64,000 nucleotides of DNA from an uncultured Bacteroidales bacterium (GCA_964404735.1 CAYOLA010000041.1:1310-65309), one strand, 5' to 3'. Positions 37,023 through 46,461 are shown, counted from the stretch's first letter. The notes: generated by a model not told the origin, from the letters alone. Program-made: numbers and translations.

Positions 37023-37889
37023 TTAACGGTAATCACCGATCGTTTCTTTCAGTTGTCCAAGCGCCCTGGCGGCTTGTTCATCGTTGGGTGCCTTGCCATG
37101 CCATTGATGCGTTCCCATCATGAAATCGACACCGAAACCCATTTCGGTGTGCAACAGAATAACGACGGGTCTGGCCTTTCTGGTATACGCCATGGCATTT
37201 TGCAACGACTGAACAACATCATCCATGTCATTCCCGTGCGCTTCGAGCACATGCCAGCCAAAAGCTTCCAATCTTGCACGCAGGTCTCCCGGCGGCAATA
37301 CATCCTCGAGTGAACCGTCAATTTGCTTGCCATTGAAATCCACTGCAGCAATGATGTTGTCAACTTTATTTCCGGCTGCAAACATGATGGCTTCCCATGG
37401 CTGTCCTTCCTGCAATTCACCATCGCCCATGAGGCAATAAACCGTTTTCGGATCATTGTTCTGCTTTTTTGCCAGGGCGGCGCCGATGGCCACCGACAAT
37501 CCCTGCCCCAGCGATCCGCTTGCCACCCTGATACCCGGCAACCCCTTGTCGGTACTGGGATGCCCCTGCAAACGGGAACCGATCTTCCGGAAAGTAGATA
37601 ACTCATCAATGGGAAAATAACCGGACCTGGCAAGGACGCTGTACCATGCCGGGGAGATGTGCCCATTCGACAATAGGAAAATATCCTGCCCCGTGCCATC
37701 CATTGTAAAGCCGGCAGGATCATGGTCCATCACCTCAAAATAAAGGGCTACAAGGTAATCGGCCGCTCCCAGTGATCCGCCGGGATGCCCGGAAGAAGCG
37801 CCATGCACCATCCGGATAACATCGCGCCTGACCTGGGACGCCATTGATTTCAGGTATGCTATATCAGCCATTGGAATTTCTTTGCCCAA
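37023..37889 (-). CDS. Transketolase, N-terminal (thiamine-diphosphate-binding) subunit
   Basis: 288 aa with motifs SGHPGGSLG, GSLGQGLS and GDGELQEGQ. Confidence 0.9.
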   Translation of the reverse strand: MGKEIPMADIAYLKSMASQVRRDVIRMVHGASSGHPGGSLGAADYLVALYFEVMDHDPAGFTMDGTGQDIFLLSNGHISPAWYSVLARSGYFPIDELSTFRKIGSRLQGHPSTDKGLPGIRVASGSLGQGLSVAIGAALAKKQNNDPKTVYCLMGDGELQEGQPWEAIMFAAGNKVDNIIAAVDFNGKQIDGSLEDVLPPGDLRARLEAFGWHVLEAHGNDMDDVVQSLQNAMAYTRKARPVVILLHTEMGFGVDFMMGTHQWHGKAPNDEQAARALGQLKETIGDYR

Positions 37890-38050
37890 ATCTAAATACT
37901 TTTTTTACAGAGGAGGGAAAGAAATATCAACAATTCCACACAACTTATCAAAAACCGTGATATTCCGGTTATGCAAACCGCAGGTTTTACCAACAGTTGT
38001 TTACAGGCAAACGCAAATATTTTCTAATTTTACAGGCCAATTTAAGCCTG

Positions 38051-40975
38051 ATGAAAAGAATTTTGTTTCTTGTTCTTGCTGCCTTTACTTTCTGTCCTCT
38101 ATACACGGCCGGTCAATCGGTAAGTCCCGAAGATTTCTGGGTCGACTCGGTATACCACTCGCTAAGCCCGGAAGAGCGTATCGCCCAACTCATCATTGTC
38201 AGGGCCAATGATCCGGGCAAAAACTATTTCAATAATATCAACAAATACATTCAGGAATATAATATCGGGGGGGTCTGCTTTTTCAGAAACCACCCGCAAC
38301 AACAACTGACCGCAACAAGGCGGTGGCAGGACATGGCCAAAACTCCCTTGCTGGTCAGCATCGATGCTGAGTGGGGCCTCGGCATGCGGCTCGACAGCAC
38401 CATACGTTTTCCTTTCCAGATGACCCTGGGTGCTATCCGCAACAACGGCCTGATCTACCTGATGGGACAAAGCATTGCCATGCAATGCAGGCGTATGGGC
38501 ATACACATGAACTTCGCCCCCGTTGTCGACATCAATTCCAACCCGGCCAATCCCGTGATCGGAATGCGTTCATTCGGACAGGACCGCGAGCAGGTCATGC
38601 TTAAAGGACTAGCCTATATGCAGGGTTTGCAGGAAAATGGCATCATCGCAACAGCAAAGCATTTTCCGGGCCATGGCGACACCGACACCGACTCGCACAA
38701 AACCCTGCCACTGATATTCCACTCAAGGGAAAGGCTCGACAGCGTTGAGCTCTATCCTTTCAGGCAACTGATCAAGATGGGGCTTGAAGGCATCATGATC
38801 GCCCACCTTTACATTCCGGCCCTGGAAGCAGAAACGGGACTGGCCTCCACCCTTTCGCCTCTCATCGTTTCGGGTCTGCTGAAAGATGAACTCGGATTTG
38901 AGGGTCTCATCGTTACGGACGCCCTCGACATGAAAGGTGTTACAAAACATCACAAATCCGGTGATATTGAAGTGAAAGCCCTGTTGGCAGGCAATGACAT
39001 CCTGCTGCTCCCCTCCGATGTGCCAAAAGCCATCCGGGCAATTGTAAAGGCCGTTAAAGATGGGATCATTGGCCGGGAAATTATCGACACCCGCTGCCGT
39101 AAAGTGCTGCGTTATAAATACCGGGCCGGCCTGGCTGAAAGAAAAAATCCAAATATAAAGGGGTTGATCAGCGATCTGAACGCCCCCACATATCAAGCCC
39201 TGAACCGGGAGCTATTCAAGGCTTCGGCCACGCTGCTCAGAAATGATGACAATCTTATCCCCCTTCAACGGCCTGATACGATACGCATGGCCTGTGTCAT
39301 CGTAAACGATGAGGGATGGATTGATAACGACTTTGCCAACACCATCGCACTCTACGGAAAAGCCGATTTCTTTGGATTGAAAACAAAAACAGGACAAAGT
39401 GAAACCGACAGGCTGCTGGATGAACTTGATCCATATAACCTGGTGGTAACAGCCATTCAAGGTACGAATATCCATCCTGCTGACGATTATGGCATCAGCA
39501 GCCAAACCTGGCATTTCATCAGGGAGTTGTCGAAAGGGAAAAAACACATCCTTAATATTTTTGCAAGCCCATATGCCCTGCAATCGCTTGGGACAGCTAA
39601 CCTTCCCGACGCCATCATCCTTTCCTTCCAGGATAGCCCCCTTGCTGCGCAGGCAGGAGCCAGACTGATATTCGGAGGTGTGCCGGCAGAAGGAAAATTG
39701 CCCGTTGACATCGGAGGGCTGTTTGTATGTGGCGACGGCATAGAAACAGAAGCCAGCCGTTTAGAATTCGTTGATGCTGACTGGCTTGGGATTGATGAGA
39801 AGATGTTAAGAAAAGCCGATTCGATCGCCTTGTCGGGGATCATCCTGAAAGCCTATCCGGGCTGCCAGGTAATTGCCGCAAAGGACGGGAAGATATTTTA
39901 CCACAAAACCTTTGGCTATCACACTTATGATAATAAAATGCCCGTAAAACATACCGACCTTTACGACCTGGCCTCACTGACCAAGATCGCCGCCACCACT
40001 TTATCGGTCATGAAGCTTTCGGAAGAAGGGTGGATGGATATCGACAGGCGTTTATCATACTATCTTCCTTATTTGAGATCCACCAACAAAAAAGACATCA
40101 TCATCCGTGAACTGATGGCGCACCAGTCGGCCCTGCGCGGATGGATCCCTTACTACAGGTATACCCTCGACGGGCAAAAACCCGATTTGAAAATATTTGC
40201 CGGCAATGCAGATGAGGAGCACAGCATCCGCGTTGCGGATGGATTGTATATCAGGAATGACTATGCCATTGCGATCATCGACAGCATCCGTTTTTCGAAA
40301 CTAAACAACAAACAGGATTACAGGTACAGCGACCTGGGATTCTACCTTTTGAAGGAAGCCATAGAGAACATAACCAATATACCTTTCGGGAATTATACCG
40401 ACAAATACTTTTACAGCCGGATGGGTTTACCCAATATGGGATATAATCCATTAAAAACATTTGGAAGAGAGCGGATCGTGCCCACTGAATATGACAGTGA
40501 ATTCAGACAACAATTGCTTTGGGGTGATGTTCATGATCAGGGGGCTGCCCTTCTGGGCGGGGTAAGCGGACATGCCGGCCTGTTCTCCAATGCATTTGAT
40601 ATGGCTGCCATCATGCAAATGCTGCTGAATGGCGGGATATACGGTGGAATTCGCTACTTTGATCCCGGCATTGTGAAGGAATTCACCAGCATGCAATTCC
40701 CATTAAGCAACAACCGCCGCGGCATCGGCTTCGACAAGCCCCTGCCCGAATATGATGAAGATGGCCCATGCTGTAAGTCGGCCTCTCCCTCCAGCTTCGG
40801 ACATTCGGGCTTTACCGGGACATATGCCTGGGCAGATCCCGAAAACGGGCTCGTCTACGTCTTCCTGTCAAACCGCATCCATCCCGATGCCGGGAATAAC
40901 CGGATTGCGGAATATAACATCCGGACAAACCTGCACCAGGTATTTTACGATGCCCTTAAGCAGATCGAAAAATGA
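38051..40975 (+). CDS. Fusion protein: GH3 beta-N-acetylhexosaminidase (NagZ-like) plus beta-lactamase-fold serine hydrolase
   Basis: Signal peptide from ATG 38051. The GH3 motif is KHFPGHGDTDTDSH. The C-terminal roughly 380 aa carry S-x-x-K (LASLTKI), YSDLG and HSGFTG, typical of class C beta-lactamase/PBP4*-like hydrolases. Confidence 0.85.
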   Translation: MKRILFLVLAAFTFCPLYTAGQSVSPEDFWVDSVYHSLSPEERIAQLIIVRANDPGKNYFNNINKYIQEYNIGGVCFFRNHPQQQLTATRRWQDMAKTPLLVSIDAEWGLGMRLDSTIRFPFQMTLGAIRNNGLIYLMGQSIAMQCRRMGIHMNFAPVVDINSNPANPVIGMRSFGQDREQVMLKGLAYMQGLQENGIIATAKHFPGHGDTDTDSHKTLPLIFHSRERLDSVELYPFRQLIKMGLEGIMIAHLYIPALEAETGLASTLSPLIVSGLLKDELGFEGLIVTDALDMKGVTKHHKSGDIEVKALLAGNDILLLPSDVPKAIRAIVKAVKDGIIGREIIDTRCRKVLRYKYRAGLAERKNPNIKGLISDLNAPTYQALNRELFKASATLLRNDDNLIPLQRPDTIRMACVIVNDEGWIDNDFANTIALYGKADFFGLKTKTGQSETDRLLDELDPYNLVVTAIQGTNIHPADDYGISSQTWHFIRELSKGKKHILNIFASPYALQSLGTANLPDAIILSFQDSPLAAQAGARLIFGGVPAEGKLPVDIGGLFVCGDGIETEASRLEFVDADWLGIDEKMLRKADSIALSGIILKAYPGCQVIAAKDGKIFYHKTFGYHTYDNKMPVKHTDLYDLASLTKIAATTLSVMKLSEEGWMDIDRRLSYYLPYLRSTNKKDIIIRELMAHQSALRGWIPYYRYTLDGQKPDLKIFAGNADEEHSIRVADGLYIRNDYAIAIIDSIRFSKLNNKQDYRYSDLGFYLLKEAIENITNIPFGNYTDKYFYSRMGLPNMGYNPLKTFGRERIVPTEYDSEFRQQLLWGDVHDQGAALLGGVSGHAGLFSNAFDMAAIMQMLLNGGIYGGIRYFDPGIVKEFTSMQFPLSNNRRGIGFDKPLPEYDEDGPCCKSASPSSFGHSGFTGTYAWADPENGLVYVFLSNRIHPDAGNNRIAEYNIRTNLHQVFYDALKQIEK

Positions 40976-41067
40976 TCAGAAAAACAAATGAAACATAAAC
41001 CCTTGAACCTTACTGCCCGGAGCGTGTTTATCATCGAAAACGCAACCTTACCAGCTAAAAAATCCAA

Positions 41068-41910
41068 ATGTGCATGAAACTTGTTTCCAATATTTTTGTC
41101 TGGCTTTTTGCCATCCTTCTTACCGGCACGGTACTGATCTACCAGCGAATGACAGGCCCCACCTACCCGAAGCGCGGGCAGATCGAAATTGCCGGCCGCC
41201 AGTTGTCCTACCAGCTTCCCAGATCATGGGAAAATGAAAAGGAAGCGGTCAACCGGAAAGGAGCGCGTATTGCCATTAGCGTTCCCGACACCCTTATCAG
41301 TGGTGTTTGCATGTTCAAAAGGCTGGGTACTGACGATGAATGGACTATAATACAGATGCAGCACCATGAAAATGCCCTGACAGCCATGCTGCCTTCCCAG
41401 CCCGAAGCAGGGAAACTTCTCTACATGGTATACCTGCAACAGGCCGACGAATCATACAGCCTTACCGCCGACCCGGTGGTGATCCGCTTCAAGGGCTGGA
41501 TACCGGGCTGGATACCATTTCCACATGTACTGCTGATCTTTCTGGCACTGTTGTTTTCAACCATGGCTGCGGTGGAAGCCCTGCGCAAGGGAAAAAACGT
41601 GATGACCTACACCATAATAACCATTGTTAGCATGCTTATTGGCGGATTGATAATGGGGCCCGTCATGCAAAAGTATGCCTTTGGGGACTACTGGACCGGC
41701 TGGCCCATCGGGCAGGATATGACCGACAATAAAACGCTGGTTGCTTTCATGGTATGGATGCTCGCCTATCTTTTTTTGAGAAAAAACCCAAAAAACCGGT
41801 TCTGGCCAGTTTTTGCCGCAATTATTACCCTGGCGGCATTTGTGATCCCGCACAGCATGTTTGGATCCGAATTTGACTATGCAAGCGGGCAGGTCGTGAC
41901 CGGACGTTAA
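41068..41910 (+). CDS. Hypothetical membrane protein (N-terminal TM, extracytoplasmic domain, about 4 C-terminal TM helices)
   Basis: 280-aa ORF with a coding-like composition and no recognisable motif. It ends 3 nt before the rhomboid gene. Confidence 0.45.
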   Translation: MCMKLVSNIFVWLFAILLTGTVLIYQRMTGPTYPKRGQIEIAGRQLSYQLPRSWENEKEAVNRKGARIAISVPDTLISGVCMFKRLGTDDEWTIIQMQHHENALTAMLPSQPEAGKLLYMVYLQQADESYSLTADPVVIRFKGWIPGWIPFPHVLLIFLALLFSTMAAVEALRKGKNVMTYTIITIVSMLIGGLIMGPVMQKYAFGDYWTGWPIGQDMTDNKTLVAFMVWMLAYLFLRKNPKNRFWPVFAAIITLAAFVIPHSMFGSEFDYASGQVVTGR

Positions 41911-41913
41911 GAT

Positions 41914-42525
41914 ATGATTCTTGCTATTATCATCATCACCAGCCTGATTTCCATCCTGGCATTCGGTAATCCCGACCTGCTGAATAAGCTCCAATTCAAT
42001 GCTTATGATATCAGGCACCGCAGGCAGGGATGGCGTTTTTTCACCTACGGCTTTGTCCATGCAGGCTGGGCGCACCTTGCCATCAACATGTTTGTTTTAT
42101 GGTCGTTCGGCGACGTAACGCTTACATTTTACGCCTATCACTTCGGCACTGCCGGATTTCTCTATTTTTTCCTGCTTTACGCAGGCGGCATCATGTTTTC
42201 CGTGCTCTTTGATTACGGCAGGCATAAAAACGATCCCATGTATAATGCCGTGGGCGCTTCGGGTGCGGTGGCTGCCGTGGTATTTGCCAGCATTATCCTG
42301 TACCCTGCCGGCGGCGTATACCTTTTCTTTATTCCCATTCGTATTCCATCACCCGTTTTCGGCTTACTTTACCTGCTCTATTCAGCCTATATGGCCAGGC
42401 GTGGGCGCGACAATATAGGGCATGATGCACATTTCTGGGGTTCGGTTTTCGGGATCATTTTGACCATCGCCCTGAAACCATCTTTGTTTACAACATTTAT
42501 CGGGCAGATTAAAGATATATTCTGA
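41914..42525 (+). CDS. Rhomboid-family intramembrane serine protease
   Basis: 203 aa with 6 TM helices. It has WAHLAINM (H-x4-N), the catalytic Ser in GASGAV, and a downstream His in a TM helix. Confidence 0.85.
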   Translation: MILAIIIITSLISILAFGNPDLLNKLQFNAYDIRHRRQGWRFFTYGFVHAGWAHLAINMFVLWSFGDVTLTFYAYHFGTAGFLYFFLLYAGGIMFSVLFDYGRHKNDPMYNAVGASGAVAAVVFASIILYPAGGVYLFFIPIRIPSPVFGLLYLLYSAYMARRGRDNIGHDAHFWGSVFGIILTIALKPSLFTTFIGQIKDIF

Positions 42526-42592
42526 TCCGTGAAATTCCGGATATCAGCTGCAGACCAGAATAGGGCCGGCAACAAAAAGATCAGCCGGGATC

Positions 42593-43930
42593 CTAATCAA
42601 TATCCTTTATACAACGGACACTAAAGCCATAGTTCCATGTTGAAACAGACTTATAAACTTTCGGTGAGCCATGTGAAAGCATGTGAAACAATGCCGAAAG
42701 CCCCCCGCCTGAAGATGTCCACCAGTAAGCGGAAGAACCGATTTCTGCAATATCACCGGAAGGAGTGCGGAATCCTGATGGTATAGCAGAAAACCCGAAC
42801 AAGTCACTGCCATTGCCACTATAATTCCACCCTATGGTGCTCTTCAGCTTCGTCCCTGCATCAAATCCACGCCAGTCTTCAACAATATCCCATTCCGGAT
42901 CACCAATTCCATAATAACCGTCAACCGAACCTTCCAGCACATTCCATTCCTCGTCATCCGGCAGGTGCCATCCCGGCGGACAAATACCCTGTACACGGGG
43001 CTGCACAGTATACTGCATCATTTCATCCCACTGGTATAAAGCGCCATACATTTCACAACCCAATTCAAGGTTGCCGGCACAATATTTCTCCAGCACACCA
43101 TTGTCCCACATCTCCTGACCCACGGGGATCATATCCCCAACATTCAGGTTTTCCGTTAACCAGCACTGACTGAATATCTGTATGGTGCTGTAGATTTTCC
43201 CTTCATATTCAACCGTCGGGGTTCCCGGACAAGGAATGTTTGTGGCAAACTGAAAGGTATAAGTACTGTTTTGCAGCGGGTAGTCGGAAATGCCGGAAGC
43301 TCTGGGGTTACCATTTGCAGCACTTCCCTCATCTTTTAAGGAAAACACCTGTCCGGAGCTACCAGCGTACTCGAGTTTACAGTCTACCCCGGTTCCGGGA
43401 CCATTTGCCAGCATTTTAATGCCGTGTGTTGTACCCTCATAACGGGCGGTCAGGAAATAGAGCATACCACCGCCGGGCACAAAACGGAATGTATGATGGC
43501 CTTGCTCCAGGAAAGGTGAGGCACTAAACAATACACGCCCCGACATATCACTGACCATCAGATCAATTGTACCTCTTTTGGGAATATAAACAGGAACCAT
43601 TGATTGTGTATTGAACGGATTCGGATGGTTTTGCAACAACTGAAATGACTGCTGATCATCAATCATTTCACCTGTTCCTGTCGGCGAAAAAGTTGTATAA
43701 CCGACATAAAGCAGCAAATCGCCCGGATCGATGTCGACCGTAATGGTCGTATCCGGCCAATAGATCATTTCCTGCTCCCCCTGTGAACGGTTCATTACCT
43801 TAACACTATCGAGCCTGACATAAGACATACTGTCAACAGCAGTGAATGTCAGGTCAATAGATGATCTTTGGGAATACAATCCCAGGGTGAGGATTGCACA
43901 AACTAAAATGGTAAAAGATTTCTTATACAT
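42593..43930 (-). CDS. Secreted protein with a Fibrobacter-succinogenes-major-paralogous (FISH) domain and an internal T9SS-CTD-like beta-sandwich
   Basis: It has a signal peptide. Residues ~96-175, LLQNHPNPFN...IDLMVSDMSGRVL, resemble a T9SS type-A sorting domain. The C-terminal CWLTENLN...LYQW...CPPGWHLP...WN.L...GFSAIPSGFR...YWWTSS...SVRCIKD is the Fib_succ_major signature. Confidence 0.75.
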   Translation of the reverse strand: MYKKSFTILVCAILTLGLYSQRSSIDLTFTAVDSMSYVRLDSVKVMNRSQGEQEMIYWPDTTITVDIDPGDLLLYVGYTTFSPTGTGEMIDDQQSFQLLQNHPNPFNTQSMVPVYIPKRGTIDLMVSDMSGRVLFSASPFLEQGHHTFRFVPGGGMLYFLTARYEGTTHGIKMLANGPGTGVDCKLEYAGSSGQVFSLKDEGSAANGNPRASGISDYPLQNSTYTFQFATNIPCPGTPTVEYEGKIYSTIQIFSQCWLTENLNVGDMIPVGQEMWDNGVLEKYCAGNLELGCEMYGALYQWDEMMQYTVQPRVQGICPPGWHLPDDEEWNVLEGSVDGYYGIGDPEWDIVEDWRGFDAGTKLKSTIGWNYSGNGSDLFGFSAIPSGFRTPSGDIAEIGSSAYWWTSSGGGLSALFHMLSHGSPKVYKSVSTWNYGFSVRCIKDID

Positions 43931-44197
43931 ATCATTTAATTTTATATAATAATGATAAAAGTATAAAATTCATTTTTAAAAATCAAGTATAATAAGCATC
44001 TTTTAAAGATAAATGCATAATTAAGGTCATTAAAAAGGTTCATTTTGTTAGTATTTCATATAATTATTATAATTTATTTATATATTTATAATTATCGCAT
44101 TTTTTAACATGAAAGGAGGCAAGGGCTGTTTGGCCTACTTGTATTCTCTGAAAAAAAAAACAAGTTTGAGTCCGTTTTTTTTTTATAACTTTCCAGC

Positions 44198-44962
44198 ATG
44201 GAAACTAATCTTCATGAAACCACTGTACTGGTAAGCGGTGCCTCAAGGGGTATCGGCAGAGCCATTGCCCTGGCATTTGCATCGGCAGGCGCCAGGGTCA
44301 TCATCCATTACCATAAAAACCTGGTAGCTGCCGAGGAGACGCTGGCGCAGCTCGAAGGTGACGGGCATATGCTGGTGCAGGCCGACATTTCCGATCCGGA
44401 ATCGGTAGCCGAGATGGTTGAAAAACTATCGGCGGATGCACCCGGCATCAACATTTTGGTGAATAACGCGGGGATATATGAAGAAGCCGACCTTTTTGAG
44501 CTGAGCTACGAAGAATTCAGGGAATATTTCAGCAATACCCTTAACACCAATCTGGTTGGAATGGCCAACCTCAGTTTCCTGATGATCCGTGAGATGGCCT
44601 CCCGCGAAGGGGGAAAGATCATCAATATATCTTCCCGCGGTGCATTCAGAGGGGAACCCTTTGCACTGGCATACGGAGCCTCCAAAGCAGGCATGAACGC
44701 ATTCGGACAATCGCTGGCCATCGCCCTTGCATCCAAAAAGATCTTTGTTTACACCATCGCCCCCGGATTTGTTGAAACCGACATGACCACGGATATTCTC
44801 AACAGCACCCGCGGGGATTCCATCCGCAACCAAAGCCCGCTGCAGCGTATTGCCAAACCCGAAGAGATTGCCCGTACAGCCGTATTCCTCGCCTCCCCCG
44901 GCACCGAATACATGACCGGCTGTATCATCGATATCAACGGGGCTTCTTACCTGCGATCATAA
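44198..44962 (+). CDS. SDR-family oxidoreductase (3-oxoacyl-ACP reductase-like)
   Basis: 254 aa. Cofactor motif SGASRGIGRA, NNAG, and the catalytic Y-x3-K in YGASKAG. Confidence 0.85.
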   Translation: METNLHETTVLVSGASRGIGRAIALAFASAGARVIIHYHKNLVAAEETLAQLEGDGHMLVQADISDPESVAEMVEKLSADAPGINILVNNAGIYEEADLFELSYEEFREYFSNTLNTNLVGMANLSFLMIREMASREGGKIINISSRGAFRGEPFALAYGASKAGMNAFGQSLAIALASKKIFVYTIAPGFVETDMTTDILNSTRGDSIRNQSPLQRIAKPEEIARTAVFLASPGTEYMTGCIIDINGASYLRS

Positions 44963-45139
44963 ATACACCGCACGCCATGCACCTTCCAAAAGCAGCTTGA
45001 ATAAAAGAAAAAAAAAGAATCAAGCCATATCTGAGCATGAGCAGGGAACCATTCATATTTCGAATTGCTTTATAATTATGTTAATGATCATCCTTCCACA
45101 AAAAAACAAGTATTTTGATTGTTATCAAGTACTAATTGG

Positions 45140-45147
45140 TAATTTTG
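45140..45147 (+). promoter_or_regulatory. Candidate -7 box TAATTTTG
   Basis: It matches TAnnTTTG 34 nt upstream of ATG 45182. Confidence 0.4.
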
Positions 45148-45181
45148 CAACATTATTCACATACACCAAACACGCATAACC

Positions 45182-46384
45182 ATGATATTTGATCCTGCCA
45201 GCAACATTCAAAAACTCAAACAATTCGGTGAGTTTGGCGATGTAAATCCATCCATCACCGATTCCTCTACCTACACTTTTATGACTGCCCAGAAGATGGT
45301 AGAAACCTTCAGTGGTGATGAAGAAGGTTGTTTTCTGTATTCCAGGCACTGGAATCCTTCCAACAAATACCTGTCGGATGCCATGGCGGCCATGGAAGAT
45401 ACCGAGGCAGCCTGGGTTACGGCCTCAGGCATGGCTGCGATCACCACAAGCATCCTTCAGCTCTGCAATGCCGGCGACCACATCATCACCAGTGTAACCA
45501 CCTACGGCGGAACCTTTGCCTTCCTGAAGAATTATCTGCCCAAATTCAATATCGACGTAACTTTTGTAAATATTTGCGATCTGGAATCGGTAAAGCGCGC
45601 CATCAAACCCAATACACGCCTGGTATATACCGAAACCATGACCAACCCCTTGCTGCAGATATCCGATATCCCCGCCCTTGCCGAAATATGCCGGTCGAAG
45701 GGCCTGAAGCTGGTTGTGGACAATACCTTTACGCCCATGATCGTCAGTCCGGCCAGACTTGGTGCCGACATAGTAGTCTACAGCATGACCAAATTTGTAA
45801 ATGGAAAAAATGATTGTGTTGCGGGGGCGATCTGTGCCGATAAAGACTTTATTGATGCCATCAGCAGCGTGAACGACGGCACGGCCATGTTACTGGGTCC
45901 CGTGCTCGACCCCCTGCGTTCCAGCAGCATCCTCAAAAACCTGCACACCCTGCACATCAGGATGCGGCAGCACAGCAGCAACGCGCGCTATCTTGCCGGC
46001 AGGCTCAGGGAGGATGGCATTCCCCTTATTTATCCGGGATTGCCGGAGCATCCCGGGCACGCGCTTCTCAACAGCATGATGAACCCCGGCTTTGGTTATG
46101 GGGGGATGCTGGCCATTGATACGGCCAGCAGCGAAAAAGCCAACACCCTGATGGAAAAAATGGAAGCGGAAGGAGTAGGCTATCTGGCCGTGAGCCTTGG
46201 GTATTTTAAAACCCTCTTCAGTAACTCGGGAAAAAGCACCTCCTCCGAAGTGCCGAAGGAAACACAGGATGAAATGGGCCTCAGCGAAGGACTGATCCGT
46301 TTTTCAGTCGGCCTCGACAACAACATCGAACATATTTATGAGCTGATCAGAAAATGCATGGATGAGACCGGGATCGGGCAATAA
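45182..46384 (+). CDS. PLP-dependent Cys/Met-metabolism (trans-sulfuration family) enzyme, methionine gamma-lyase or cystathionine lyase/synthase-like
   Basis: 400 aa. YSRHWNPS is a Y-x-R-x-x-N-P-type motif, SMTKFVNG holds the PLP-binding Lys, and IRFSVGLD lies near the C-terminus. Confidence 0.75.
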   Translation: MIFDPASNIQKLKQFGEFGDVNPSITDSSTYTFMTAQKMVETFSGDEEGCFLYSRHWNPSNKYLSDAMAAMEDTEAAWVTASGMAAITTSILQLCNAGDHIITSVTTYGGTFAFLKNYLPKFNIDVTFVNICDLESVKRAIKPNTRLVYTETMTNPLLQISDIPALAEICRSKGLKLVVDNTFTPMIVSPARLGADIVVYSMTKFVNGKNDCVAGAICADKDFIDAISSVNDGTAMLLGPVLDPLRSSSILKNLHTLHIRMRQHSSNARYLAGRLREDGIPLIYPGLPEHPGHALLNSMMNPGFGYGGMLAIDTASSEKANTLMEKMEAEGVGYLAVSLGYFKTLFSNSGKSTSSEVPKETQDEMGLSEGLIRFSVGLDNNIEHIYELIRKCMDETGIGQ

Positions 46385-46461
46385 GGCATTTTTAACCAAG
46401 ACGTTATCGCCCGGCCATCTGTAAATGCAATAAAACACAAAGGCAATTCACGCCATCCCGC

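Noticed and set aside
37118-37723. 201-aa alternative-frame ORF on the same strand as the transketolase N-terminal subunit
   Set aside because: It is an out-of-frame overlap with a gene carrying canonical ThDP-binding motifs, and its Arg/Trp/Cys-rich composition is typical of an off-frame translation.
44109-44189. 26-codon ORF (MKGGKGCLAYLYSLKKKNKFESVFFL) in the AT-rich intergenic region
   Set aside because: It is very short, partly encoded by homopolymer A/T runs, and has no supporting signal. It is likely fortuitous.
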